NCBI GenBank assembly: GCA_965205855.1
Contig: OZ242184.1
Location: 736,001-800,000 of the forward strand
Length of the DNA stretch: 64,000 bases
Reading direction: 5' to 3'
DNA from: Thermodesulfobacteriota bacterium
Lineage (GTDB): Bacteria > Desulfobacterota_D > UBA1144 > Nemesobacterales > Mycalebacteriaceae
Below the pieces are notes generated by a model that saw only the letters and a list, made by a program, of their open reading frames with translations, was not told the DNA's origin and searched no databases. Of the stretch, positions 21,344-31,123 are shown piece after piece (positions within the stretch are counted from its first letter, which is position 1; each line of letters starts with the position of its first letter). The translations under genes were made by a program, and so were the position numbers.

Positions 21344-24300
21344 ATGAGTTGTTTCAAATTTCCTCCGTTGGTTGTCCGGACCGCTGTTTTCTTTGCGTTG
21401 TGCGCAGCGTTTTTCGTGTCGATTTCCGCCTCATTTGTCCATGCGGCGGATTTTAATTTTTTCAAATCTGGCATTGAAGAACGCATTGAAAAAGCCCTTC
21501 CCGGTTCCCGTGTTTCTATCGCACGGATAAATATGATGAGCGGCAAAGGGATTGCGATTGAAGGCTTTACCCTTTCCGTGGAGGAAAAAGAGATTGTCAG
21601 GGCAAAGAAGATTTTGTTCGGCTACGGTTTTTTTGTCTCATCGATGCTTTCCTGGAATTTTTTATCAGCCTCCGAGGTTGAGATTGAGGGGCTTGAGGTG
21701 GCTTCATCCAATCTGAGGGAAGTTTTCCGCCCTTCCCATCCGTACGGTTCCGATAAAGAAAATAATTCCGTGGACAGGGAAGAGATTATCAAACCAGGGA
21801 GCAAAACTCCGAAAATTAGAATAAGGAATTCGGTTTTCAACTTTCAAGGCGAGCGGATAGAGGTACGAGAGTCCGATATTTCTTTTGCGCACGCGGAGAA
21901 TGCAGGTGAATTTCTGATAACTTTGAAAAACGGTCATATCTCTGTTACGAGCTGGGATGCGTCAATAAAAGACCTGTCCTTGAATTTACAACTTCTTACT
22001 ATCGGAGGGTTCAGGGTCGGGTCAGTAAGCGGAAAAGGAGCCGTTAAGACCCCCGGGAAGGAAACGCGAGCGGAATTTGAAGTTACCATACCCGAAGAAG
22101 ACCCGGGCGCCGTTTGGAAGGCACGTCTGTTTTTTCAGGAAATAAATTTCCTGAATAGAAAAGGCGTTTTTTCTTTTGATTCCATTGTTTTCTCAAAAGA
22201 CGGCACTTTTTCAGTTGCCGGCAACTTGTCTCTCGGGAGTTTAAGCTCACGAGTCAGAGCTAAATTCAATACGGTTGGCGGGCAGTGGATTCCCAATCTG
22301 GGGGAAGGAACGGATTTTGAGATTGAAAGCGAAGTGTTCAAAGAAGAGTATTCTCTAGGGGTGTTGAAGGTTGGCGGGTTCATAGAAAAGAAAGACGGAC
22401 AGGTTGTTGTTTCTGGAGGTCTTTCCAAGGATTATCTGAGCAAATCGGATTTGTTCCAATATTACGGCCGTCCGGAAAAGTTTGACTTTCAGTTTTCCCT
22501 CAATGGGTACAGAGTCAGTTCGGGAAACTTGTCGGTCCGGTCTCCGCAGTTTTCAATAAAAGCGGATATTCAAACATTGAATGGCGGACGATCGGAAATT
22601 AATTACGGGATTGAAACAGAAGACATTTTTTATTTTTCCAACTTAGCGCGCGCTTTAAGGGATTACGGAATGTCAGGATTCTTCAAGTCTTCCGGCAGGA
22701 TACAAAGCCGTGGCGACGGGAAGACTTTTCTGTCAGGTAAAGCTGAAGTGGAGGATTTTGCCGCCACATTTAGGAAGAGAGTGCATATGGGTAAAGGGGA
22801 AATGAATTTTAATATCCCTATCGCAAAATTTCCTCTTGGAGAAATTTTTGTCAAATTTTCGGCAAAGGATTTTTCTTATGGGGAAATTCTGGCCAAAAAG
22901 TTGAATTTCAAACTTGAGAATCAGAACACCCATGCGGAATTTCAATTTGCTAACAACAGGTCTCTTGAGTTTGTCGCCCGAATTCGCCGTGAAAACGGCA
23001 ATATCTACGCGGATATAAAGGAAGCAGCTCTAAAGGCGAACAGTCTGGATATGTTTCTTGCCAATGAGTTTGTTATGTCAGCTTCAAAGGAAAGGGTTGA
23101 GATTGGAGATGTTGCCCTATATGGCAAAAAGTCTTCTTTCGGTTTTACGGGTTTCTACAATATTGGGAAACAACAATCCAAGGTGAATTTGGTCGCCGAT
23201 TTTTCAAATCTAAGCACTGAACTATTCGAGTATTTTCATCCGCCCCTTGAAAAACACAGGGGGGTGTTATCTGGTCAAGTCATCCTGGATGGCCGGGCGG
23301 TTCATCCAGTCGTGAATGCCAAAATTGAATACCGTAGTGCGACCGATGCCACGCGAGCGGATTTCTCCGTTGTTCGCGCTGATATTTTCAAGCGTTTCGT
23401 GGTTGGATTGTCGGTTGACAACACAGAGTCCGGAAGCTTTCTTAAACTTGACGGTGAATTCTCTTTGAGAGATAAACAATCTTTTGAAATACAGCACTTT
23501 ACAGATAATATCTTAAGTTATTCATTAATCATGAAAGCGAATAGATTCAGCATACAGCCTATTGGTTTTTTGTCGCAAAAAATACAAAACCTTGACGGTA
23601 TTTTCAGCGGTGAACTGGCCGTTGACAGTCAAAACGGAGACATAGATACCAACGGCCATATTGATATTGATAGCGCCAGAGTGAAAATCGGAGAATGGAC
23701 TGAATTGATTGCAATCAACTCCGCGCAAATGGAGTTTAAGAAGGATAAAATATTCTCCTCTCTAAGTTTGAGCGATTTTGCCGGCACAGGGGAAGTGGAG
23801 GGAACTTTCAATCTTTCAGACCTTTCATATCGGTGTGAAGCGGAACTTCAAGGGATCCGCCTTCATATAAAACACTTGCATTCGGACTTTTACGGGATGC
23901 TTTTTATTGACGGTTCTGGAAGGAACATAAGAATCAGAGGCAAAGAACTGAAGACAAAAAACGCCAATATCTGGATAAGAAAAAAATACAATATAGCGGT
24001 GAGTGGTCTGGTTTTTGTTGATTCTGTTAATGGTAGGAATTTTGCGGAAGGAAAAGAGCTGGGTTTTTTTTCTCAGACATCGGATTTGGACCTCAATCTT
24101 CTCATTTCCGAGGATACCAAGATTAATCTCGACAAAGTCAACTCTTTTTTAAAGGGAGGCCTTTCCATATTGAGAAAACCGGGAGACAACTTCAGTATAG
24201 TCAATGGCAAATTGAATCTTCTCAGAGGCTCATACAGCATATTGGGAAAACAGTTCGCAATAGACAAGGGCTCCATTTCGGTTTCCACCAGAGAACATTT

Positions 24301-24835
24301 AAGCCCAAGGGTTAACGTTAACGCCCTTTATGAAAAAGCGGGATTCTCCGTCAAAGCCAACCTTTACGGAGAAACAGACAACCTTCGCCTTCGCCTTTCA
24401 AGCGTTCCCGCCATGAAGGAGGATGAAATAATTCTCGCCCTTCTGGCTCATAACAGAGAAGAAGACGACCGCGCCATTGACGCTATTAAAAAAGTGAGAG
24501 ACAAGCAGGCCGGAGGATACTTGGCTTTTGATTACGCAGCCGATGAGCTTTTTTCTTCCATTCTTGATGGTAACAGCCTGTTTAACTTTGTGGATGTTCT
24601 CAGTATTACCAGAGAAAACAGCGGCATACTTGAGTCGGAAGTTGAAGTTGGGACATATATTACAAACAGACTTTACTTCGCATATGAACGCGACAATGAA
24701 ACCCTTCCACTTAGCACTTCCTACAAAAGCAAGTTTACCGCTCAATACAGTTTGAGCGACCGCTTTATATTTGAAGGTGTGGCAGGAGGGATTACTCCGG
24801 GAGGGAACCTTCTTTTTAACTATGATTTCCGATAA
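21344..24835 (+). CDS. TamB/AsmA-like (DUF490) large periplasmic protein
   Basis: N-terminal anchor, long beta-rich body, C-terminal DUF490-like region (RGSYSILGKQF...P.VNVNA...LSSVPAMKEDEI...VGTYITNRLY...YDFR). Confidence 0.75.
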   Translation: MSCFKFPPLVVRTAVFFALCAAFFVSISASFVHAADFNFFKSGIEERIEKALPGSRVSIARINMMSGKGIAIEGFTLSVEEKEIVRAKKILFGYGFFVSSMLSWNFLSASEVEIEGLEVASSNLREVFRPSHPYGSDKENNSVDREEIIKPGSKTPKIRIRNSVFNFQGERIEVRESDISFAHAENAGEFLITLKNGHISVTSWDASIKDLSLNLQLLTIGGFRVGSVSGKGAVKTPGKETRAEFEVTIPEEDPGAVWKARLFFQEINFLNRKGVFSFDSIVFSKDGTFSVAGNLSLGSLSSRVRAKFNTVGGQWIPNLGEGTDFEIESEVFKEEYSLGVLKVGGFIEKKDGQVVVSGGLSKDYLSKSDLFQYYGRPEKFDFQFSLNGYRVSSGNLSVRSPQFSIKADIQTLNGGRSEINYGIETEDIFYFSNLARALRDYGMSGFFKSSGRIQSRGDGKTFLSGKAEVEDFAATFRKRVHMGKGEMNFNIPIAKFPLGEIFVKFSAKDFSYGEILAKKLNFKLENQNTHAEFQFANNRSLEFVARIRRENGNIYADIKEAALKANSLDMFLANEFVMSASKERVEIGDVALYGKKSSFGFTGFYNIGKQQSKVNLVADFSNLSTELFEYFHPPLEKHRGVLSGQVILDGRAVHPVVNAKIEYRSATDATRADFSVVRADIFKRFVVGLSVDNTESGSFLKLDGEFSLRDKQSFEIQHFTDNILSYSLIMKANRFSIQPIGFLSQKIQNLDGIFSGELAVDSQNGDIDTNGHIDIDSARVKIGEWTELIAINSAQMEFKKDKIFSSLSLSDFAGTGEVEGTFNLSDLSYRCEAELQGIRLHIKHLHSDFYGMLFIDGSGRNIRIRGKELKTKNANIWIRKKYNIAVSGLVFVDSVNGRNFAEGKELGFFSQTSDLDLNLLISEDTKINLDKVNSFLKGGLSILRKPGDNFSIVNGKLNLLRGSYSILGKQFAIDKGSISVSTREHLSPRVNVNALYEKAGFSVKANLYGETDNLRLRLSSVPAMKEDEIILALLAHNREEDDRAIDAIKKVRDKQAGGYLAFDYAADELFSSILDGNSLFNFVDVLSITRENSGILESEVEVGTYITNRLYFAYERDNETLPLSTSYKSKFTAQYSLSDRFIFEGVAGGITPGGNLLFNYDFR

Positions 24836-24847
24836 AAATCTCCAGAT

Positions 24848-25717
24848 TCAGAGAAGTATTGCGAATATATAGAAAACCGGAAATACAAATATCATTCCGT
24901 CAAAACGGTCAAAAAAGCCGCCGTGTCCCGGTAGCAGATTACCCGAATCCTTTACATCGCAATCTCTTTTCACGGCGGACTCAATGAGGTCTCCCGTTAC
25001 CGAAGACAGCCCGGCGAGCAAGCCAAGAGCATAGGCGGGCAAGATTGGTAGCGGAGAGCCGAAAGCCGAGTTTGTCAGAGCTCCGGCGATAGTAGCGGCG
25101 ACAACTCCAGCGATTCCTCCTTCAATAGTTTTGCCCGGGCTTATGTTGGGAACAATTTTTTTTGTGCCTTTCCATTTTCCTATAAAAAAAGCCACAGAAT
25201 CGTTTACCGCTCCGCATATAAAAGCCGTGGCGACAAAGAAAAAACCCGCGTCATTTGTCAAAAAAGACACTATTGTCCAATCAGCCGGCATTGCAGAGTC
25301 AATGTTTCTCAAAAGAACCGCGGAGCCGGTCATTGTCCCGAGAAGCGTTATAAAGGCAAGAGATATCCCGACTTCTCTCATATATCCCGATATGTTTTTC
25401 CTTTTCTTTAATGCGTGCCCTATAAAAATTCCCATTGCTGAGACGTAGAGAGCGATTAAAAAGTATTCAATTCCCGCATATGCTCCCGCCAACATAAGCA
25501 AGACTGAGGCCATCAACAACTCTTTTCTCGCGCTTAGTCCGTTGGACGCGAGAATACCGTGAAGCTCAACGGCGGCGGCAATTGATATACAACCCATCAG
25601 AAATAGAAAATACATACCGCCCAAATAGGAAAGAACCCCTATAAGAACTATCAATACTGACGCGGTTAAAATTCTTTTTCCAGAGTCGCCTTTCATCTGG
25701 CGGTTATTGTACATCAC
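24848..25717 (-). CDS. cdsA: Phosphatidate cytidylyltransferase
   Basis: SPGKTIEG, GDLIESAVKRDCDVKDSGNLLPGHGGFFDRFD. Confidence 0.95.
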   Translation of the reverse strand: MMYNNRQMKGDSGKRILTASVLIVLIGVLSYLGGMYFLFLMGCISIAAAVELHGILASNGLSARKELLMASVLLMLAGAYAGIEYFLIALYVSAMGIFIGHALKKRKNISGYMREVGISLAFITLLGTMTGSAVLLRNIDSAMPADWTIVSFLTNDAGFFFVATAFICGAVNDSVAFFIGKWKGTKKIVPNISPGKTIEGGIAGVVAATIAGALTNSAFGSPLPILPAYALGLLAGLSSVTGDLIESAVKRDCDVKDSGNLLPGHGGFFDRFDGMIFVFPVFYIFAILL

Positions 25718-25741
25718 AAATCGTTTCTTTTTGATGAAAAG

Positions 25742-26596
25742 CTATGTCCACCCGCAATCGTGCCTGATTTTCTTAAGCGCTTTTACATCCATCGCGCATT
25801 GAGGCGGGGGCGTTTCCACGATAATATCCGCATGTCCGAAACAGTTGCGTAAAAGGTTCGAAAACAAAACTTTAAATCCCTTTTTCCCTATCTTACCCAG
25901 TCCTATGTGTTCATGACGATCTTTACGTGAACCCAAATCAACCTTTGAGTCATTGCAGTGTAAAAGTCTTATTCGTTCCGAAGAAAAGGTCTTATTGATA
26001 TTTCTCAGGGTTTCTTCAAATCCTTCGTGCGACCTTATGTCATATCCTGCGCCAAAAAGGTGTGCAGTATCAAGGCAAACTTCCAGACAGTCGTGGTTTG
26101 CTTTATCCAGAATTTCCGCGATTTCCTCAAATTGATCGCAGAGAGAGCCTCCCTGTCCCGCGGAATTCTCAATTAGAAGTCTTGTTCCCAGTCCGCCGGT
26201 TCTGTCCAGAATTTCTCTCAGTGACAGCGCGGCTTTTGTGATTGCTTCTTTTCTTTTCATCCCCGAGGAACTTCCGATATGGGTTACTGCGCAAGCCGCG
26301 CCGAGAGAGTCCGAACGTTCGAGGTCTTCAACTATTATATTGACCGATTTTTTTCTGATTCCGGTGTCCGCGGATGCAAGGTTGATAATGTAAGGCGTGT
26401 GAACATAGAAATTTGAAATGCCAACCTCACCGCAATCGGACACAAATTTTTCCACAGTTGACTTGTGGAGCTTAGGCGCCTCTCCTCCTCTGGGCGAACG
26501 GGTGAATATCTGAAAGCATTCGCATCCCGCCTCCGCAGCGCGGCGGGGAGATTTTTCAATTCCACCGCTAATTGATATATGGCATCCTATTTTCAT
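25742..26596 (-). CDS. nfo: Endonuclease IV (AP endonuclease)
   Basis: IGCHISISGG, FQIF, HTPYIINL, ENSAGQG, CLDTAH, HCNDSK, DRHEHIGLG, ETP. Confidence 0.95.
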   Translation of the reverse strand: MKIGCHISISGGIEKSPRRAAEAGCECFQIFTRSPRGGEAPKLHKSTVEKFVSDCGEVGISNFYVHTPYIINLASADTGIRKKSVNIIVEDLERSDSLGAACAVTHIGSSSGMKRKEAITKAALSLREILDRTGGLGTRLLIENSAGQGGSLCDQFEEIAEILDKANHDCLEVCLDTAHLFGAGYDIRSHEGFEETLRNINKTFSSERIRLLHCNDSKVDLGSRKDRHEHIGLGKIGKKGFKVLFSNLLRNCFGHADIIVETPPPQCAMDVKALKKIRHDCGWT

Positions 26597-26667
26597 TGTT
26601 CCGATGTTCGCAATACTCAACTGTATATATATAATAACGTCTCCATACCAGGCGAGGTGTAGAATTA

Positions 26668-27228
26668 ATGGTTCCGGCCACAGCTTTTGTTACGAGAGGG
26701 ATGGGAAAAAGCAAGGAAAAACTTGCCAGTTTTGAGATGGCTCTCCGCGATGCCAGAATAGCCCAATTCAATCTCGTCAGAGTCTCCAGCATTTTTCCTC
26801 CTTATTGCCATCTCATACCGCGTTCGAAAGGTGTTTCCCTTCTTTCTCCGGGGCAAGTGCTTCATGTGGTAATGAGTGAAAACGCAACAAATGAGCCAAA
26901 CAGGCTTCTTGCCGCATCCGCAGGGATTGCCATACCAAATGAACAAGGCAGATTCGGTTATATCTCAGAGCATCACAGCTTCGGACAGAATAAATCTCAG
27001 GCCGGAGAATACGCGGAAGACCTTGCGGCATATATGCTTGCAACCACTTTGGGAGCACCTTTCAATCTTGATAAAAGTTACGACGAACAGAAAGATATAT
27101 GGAAGATAAGCGGACACGATGTCAAAACGCAAAACATAACACAGTGCGCGTTTGGAGATAAGAAGGGACTCTGGACAACCGTAGTGGCGGCAGTGGTTTT
27201 TTCTTCATATGTCTCATCGGACAATTGA
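26668..27228 (+). CDS. pdaD: Pyruvoyl-dependent arginine decarboxylase
   Basis: SFEMALRDARIAQFNLVRVSSIFP (Ser-Ser autocleavage site), GYISEH, AEDLAAYML, WTTVVAAVV. Confidence 0.9.
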   Translation: MVPATAFVTRGMGKSKEKLASFEMALRDARIAQFNLVRVSSIFPPYCHLIPRSKGVSLLSPGQVLHVVMSENATNEPNRLLAASAGIAIPNEQGRFGYISEHHSFGQNKSQAGEYAEDLAAYMLATTLGAPFNLDKSYDEQKDIWKISGHDVKTQNITQCAFGDKKGLWTTVVAAVVFSSYVSSDN

Positions 27229-27245
27229 TTTTGCCCCGGTTGATT

Positions 27246-28517
27246 TTATTCTCTTGTCTGCCCGTTTCCTTTTATCAAAAACTTTTCCGATGTGAGTTCT
27301 TTCAACCCCATGGGCCCAAAGGCGTGAATCTTTGTGGTGCTTATTCCAATCTCAGCTCCCATTCCAAGTTGAAAACCGTCGTTGAATCGTGTTGAGGCGT
27401 TGTGCATTACGGCTGAAGACTCCACATTGCGCAGAAACAGACGCGCATTTTCATCATCTTCGGTAATAATGGAATCCGTATGCATTGACCCGTATTTGCT
27501 TATGTGCCGCATGGCATCGTCAATATTTTTTACAACACGGACGTTGAGAACAAGTCCCAGATGCTCCGTTTCCCAGTCCTGTTCGGAAGCCGGCGCGGCT
27601 TGAGGTGCCAACGAAAGCGTTTGAGGACAACCTTTCAAAATGACTCCGTTTTTTCTCATTTGTCCGGCGACTTCTGGCACAAACCTTCCGGCGGCTTTCT
27701 CATGCACAAGCATTGTTTCCATCGCGTTGCAAACCCCGGGACGCTGAATTTTTGAGTTAACGCAAATATCAACCGCCATTGCTGTTTCTGCGGATTCGTC
27801 CACAAATATATGACAGACTCCCTTGTAGTGTTTCAGGACCGGTATTGACGAGTTTTCCGTAACAAATCTGATAAGTTGTTCTCCACCTCTTGGGATTATA
27901 AGGTCTATCATTCCGTCCATTTTCAGCATTTCCAAGATTATTTTTCTGTCCGGGTCGGAAACCACATTGACCGCGCCGGGGTGAATTCCCGTATCAGAGA
28001 AGCAACCGCGTATAACACCGCCGATGGCGATATTTGAGTACAATGCTTCGGATCCTCCTCTCAAAATTACACAATTTCCGGATTTCAGGCATAAAGCCGC
28101 CGCGTCCGCGGTAACATTGGGTCTCGATTCATAAACTATTCCAATTACACCGAGAGGGATTCTCATTTTTTCAACAATAAGACCATTGGGTCTTTTTGAG
28201 AAAGGAGAAATTTGTCCCACAGGGTCTTCAAGTTCCGCGACTTGCTCTATCCCTTCGGATATCGCTCCAAGGACTTTGTCATCAAGTATGAGCCTGTCTA
28301 TCAGAGCAGACTGCATTCCTTTTTTTTCCGCTTCGGCTATATCCTTGGCGTTTTCCGTAAATATCTGTTCACGGTTTCTCACAAGTTCGCGGGCAATTGC
28401 TCTCAACGCTTTGTTCTTTGTTGATGAATCACAGGTGCTCAGAGTCTGCGAGGCGTCTTTGGCTTCGGAGGCAATTTTAGCCATCAAAGAAGTGTTTGTG
28501 GGATTGTTTTTTGGCAT
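27246..28517 (-). CDS. proA: Gamma-glutamyl phosphate reductase
   Basis: PLGVIGIVYESRPNVT, RGGSEA, IPRGG, CNAMET, NASTRFNDG, GAEIGIST. Confidence 0.96.
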   Translation of the reverse strand: MPKNNPTNTSLMAKIASEAKDASQTLSTCDSSTKNKALRAIARELVRNREQIFTENAKDIAEAEKKGMQSALIDRLILDDKVLGAISEGIEQVAELEDPVGQISPFSKRPNGLIVEKMRIPLGVIGIVYESRPNVTADAAALCLKSGNCVILRGGSEALYSNIAIGGVIRGCFSDTGIHPGAVNVVSDPDRKIILEMLKMDGMIDLIIPRGGEQLIRFVTENSSIPVLKHYKGVCHIFVDESAETAMAVDICVNSKIQRPGVCNAMETMLVHEKAAGRFVPEVAGQMRKNGVILKGCPQTLSLAPQAAPASEQDWETEHLGLVLNVRVVKNIDDAMRHISKYGSMHTDSIITEDDENARLFLRNVESSAVMHNASTRFNDGFQLGMGAEIGISTTKIHAFGPMGLKELTSEKFLIKGNGQTRE

Positions 28518-28636
28518 TTCCGGAACCGCTGTGCAAGTAGGATAATACGGAGAGCTTTTTATCGCAAGGCGGGCCGGACGTAGTCCGTTCCATTGCTTAT
28601 CGTGGAGCTTGGGAAATTAAATGAAGCGACAAGAGT

Positions 28637-28887
28637 TTAAATTGTACTAACGAGCTCGGTGTGTCCGGTTGTGAGAATCTCTTTTTTGTTTATGATTTCA
28701 ACCTGAATCGTGGACTCGGAAAGAGTTTTTCCCTCAATCCTTGTGACGAAAGTTACAACTTCTTTCACATCGGCAAATTCTTTTGAATACCGTTCTGTCT
28801 CAAGCTTGTGCGGGCAAGGGGAAAGCCATAGAAAGCGTCAAAGTCCAAACCAGCTTGGATGACTGTTTTTCCATAAACAATTCCCAA
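28637..28887 (-). pseudogene. Possible decayed hot-dog-fold acyl-CoA thioesterase (YbgC/4HBT-like)
   Basis: Two overlapping minus-strand frames: LGIVYGKTVIQAGLDFDAFYGFPLARTS, then ETERYSKEFADVKEVVTFVTRIEGKTLSESTIQVEIINKKEILTTGHTELVSTI*. The frame shifts near 28800. Resemblance judged by eye only. Confidence 0.35.
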
Positions 28888-28916
28888 TGTTATGATAGTT
28901 AAAAAAGATTATTTCG

Positions 28917-29534
28917 TCAGACTATTTTTTTGTTTCTTAAATGTTCAAGTATCTTCTCGGCGCTTTGCTTCACATCTTCTTCGTCGGTGTTAACAACTAT
29001 CTCAGGATTTGAAGGTTCTTCATAAGGGTCGTCAATACCAGTAAACCCTTTTATTTCCCCTGCCCTGGCTTTTTTATAGAGCCCTTTAACATCTCTTTTT
29101 TCGCATTCTTCAACCGGGCAGCGCACAAAAACTTCAACAAACTCACCGTCTTCAAGCAGGTTTCGCACCGCGTCCCTATCTCTTCTGTAGGGAGAAACAA
29201 ACGCGGAAAGGGTTATAATTCCGGCGTCAACAAAAAGTTTAGAAACTTCCCCTATCCTTCTTATATTTTCCGCCCTGTCCTCTTCCGAGAAACCAAGCCC
29301 TTTACATAAACCGGTCCTGATGTTGTCCCCGTCCAGTATGTAGGTTTTGAGGCCTTTACCCGCAAGTTTCTTCTCAACTTCACCTGCAATCGTTGATTTT
29401 CCCGATGACGGCAACCCCGTGAACCAGACAACAACGGAACCGTGACCGTTTGCCTTTCTTCTGTCGTCTTTGGTTATTGAATGTTCGTGAGGGATGATGA
29501 ATTTCTGTTCCAAATGAGAAAATACTCCTGTCAA
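28917..29534 (-). CDS. cysC: Adenylyl-sulfate (APS) kinase
   Basis: WFTGLPSSGKST, LDGDNIR, ENIRRIGEV, RDVKGLYKKARAGEIKGFTGIDDPYE. Confidence 0.96.
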   Translation of the reverse strand: MTGVFSHLEQKFIIPHEHSITKDDRRKANGHGSVVVWFTGLPSSGKSTIAGEVEKKLAGKGLKTYILDGDNIRTGLCKGLGFSEEDRAENIRRIGEVSKLFVDAGIITLSAFVSPYRRDRDAVRNLLEDGEFVEVFVRCPVEECEKRDVKGLYKKARAGEIKGFTGIDDPYEEPSNPEIVVNTDEEDVKQSAEKILEHLRNKKIV

Positions 29535-29575
29535 TAATCAATTTCCGGTAAACAAACACCAGTAGCGGGAACCAC

Positions 29576-29657
29576 ATGCTACTGTATAAGCGCTTGACAG
29601 TCAAGAAAGAGAAATAAAACGCGGCGAGTTGACAGTTTATCTTCAAGTTACGATAAT
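29576..29657. promoter_or_regulatory. Divergent sigma70 promoters for cysC and ndk
   Basis: Minus strand TTGACT-N17-TAGCAT (29604-29576); plus strand TTGACA-N17-GATAAT (29629-29657). Confidence 0.55.
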
Positions 29658-29687
29658 ATGCGCAGTTTTTGTCTTCTGGAGGAACAT

Positions 29688-30101
29688 ATGCAAGAAACAC
29701 TGTTAATAATCAAACCTGATGCTGTGTCAAAAAATCTTGTGGGAAAAATCGTGGGAATATTTGAGGAGAAAGGTAGTTCGGTTGCCGCGTTGAAAATGAT
29801 GCGGATGACCAAAAAGCAGGCGGAAGAATTTTACGCGGAGCACAGTGAAAGACCGTTCTTCTCAAGTTTGACCGATTTTATGTCATCAGGCCCTTGTGTT
29901 GTTATGGTTCTTGGAGGCGGTGGGGTAATAGAGAAAGTGAGAAAAATTATGGGCGCAACTAATCCGGCCGAAGCGGAAGAAGGAACCATAAGGAAACTTT
30001 ACGCAGAAAGCATTGAAAAAAATGCCGTCCACGGTTCGGATAGCCCCGAATCGGCGGTGCGGGAGATTGGATACTTTTTCAGTTCAGTTGATATCCTCTG
30101 A
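29688..30101 (+). CDS. ndk: Nucleoside diphosphate kinase
   Basis: TLLIIKPDAV, FYAEH, SGP, MGATNP, NAVHGSDS. GGAGG precedes ATG 29688. Confidence 0.97.
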   Translation: MQETLLIIKPDAVSKNLVGKIVGIFEEKGSSVAALKMMRMTKKQAEEFYAEHSERPFFSSLTDFMSSGPCVVMVLGGGGVIEKVRKIMGATNPAEAEEGTIRKLYAESIEKNAVHGSDSPESAVREIGYFFSSVDIL

Positions 30102-30130
30102 CTAATTCGGCGGCGCATTACGGAAAAATT

Positions 30131-31123
30131 TTGAAACCGGAAAACAAATCAGAAAATTTCCCTTTCAAGCCAGTTTGCCTTGTCAGAGGCAACCAGACTT
30201 TCCTTGCCGACAGATTTGTTGAAGAGACTTCAAATCAATTTCTCAAAGATACGAATTCAACTGATATATCGGTAATGTATGCCGATGAAACTCCCGTTTC
30301 AGAAGTTTTGTCTGCGGCATCCAACCTTTCTATCTTTTCGCTGAAAAAGGTGATTGTACTAAAACGTGCGGAAACCCTTGGCAATAAATCACTCTCGCTT
30401 GTCGTAGAATATTCGGATTCACCCGCGCCTCACACATATATCATTCTTGTTTCAGGCGATTCTTCAAAACCGGACTTCAAGTCCGCAAAAGGGATTTTTG
30501 TTAAAAACATTGACCGGGATTCAAAAAAAATTCACGAAGAAGCAATTGAAGAAGCGAACAGAATGGGTTTACAGCTAAGGGCTTCCGCTTCTGTTTACCT
30601 GTGCGAACTTGTCGGCGACGATTTGAACATTATCAAGAGCGAACTTGTTAAAATTGCCGAGACATACCGCCCCGGAGCGTACATAGGCAGAGAGGAGATT
30701 GACAATATCCTTGAGCGTCGCGAATCAAGAGGTGTATTTGACTTGACAAATGCCGTCGCGGACGGAAAAAGAAAAGAGTCTCTCTCCATTCTCGCAGAGG
30801 TTGCGTCTCAGAATCAGATTGAGCCGCTGCTGATTTTCTCCGCTGTTTCTTCAAGAATACGGAACATTCTCAGAGCCACCGCTATCAGGTCAAATTCTCC
30901 CGGAAAGTCTCCGGAAGAGCAGAAGAAATTTATAGCGAAAAAATTAAAAATTAAACCCGGAGCCGCCCATTTTCTCTGGAAACAGTCGCGCAATTTCACG
31001 ATATCTGATATTCCCCAAATTATGGAGAATCTTTCTGATACGGATAAGGCTCTTAAAAGCTCGCGCCGTTCCTCAAGCTATGAAGCGCTTGTAAGGATGA
31101 TTCTTAATCTGTTTGCGAAGTAA
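30131..31123 (+). CDS. holA: DNA polymerase III delta subunit
   Basis: CLVRGNQTFL, SIFS.KKVIVLK, LVGDDLNIIKSELVKI, VFDLTNAV, TDKALKSS; convergent with rpsT (conserved synteny). Confidence 0.85.
   Translation: MKPENKSENFPFKPVCLVRGNQTFLADRFVEETSNQFLKDTNSTDISVMYADETPVSEVLSAASNLSIFSLKKVIVLKRAETLGNKSLSLVVEYSDSPAPHTYIILVSGDSSKPDFKSAKGIFVKNIDRDSKKIHEEAIEEANRMGLQLRASASVYLCELVGDDLNIIKSELVKIAETYRPGAYIGREEIDNILERRESRGVFDLTNAVADGKRKESLSILAEVASQNQIEPLLIFSAVSSRIRNILRATAIRSNSPGKSPEEQKKFIAKKLKIKPGAAHFLWKQSRNFTISDIPQIMENLSDTDKALKSSRRSSSYEALVRMILNLFAK

Noticed and set aside
28575-28587. Small hairpin CGGAC-GTA-GTCCG upstream of proA as a terminator or riboswitch
   Set aside because: It has only a 5-bp stem, no U-tract and no recognisable riboswitch consensus.
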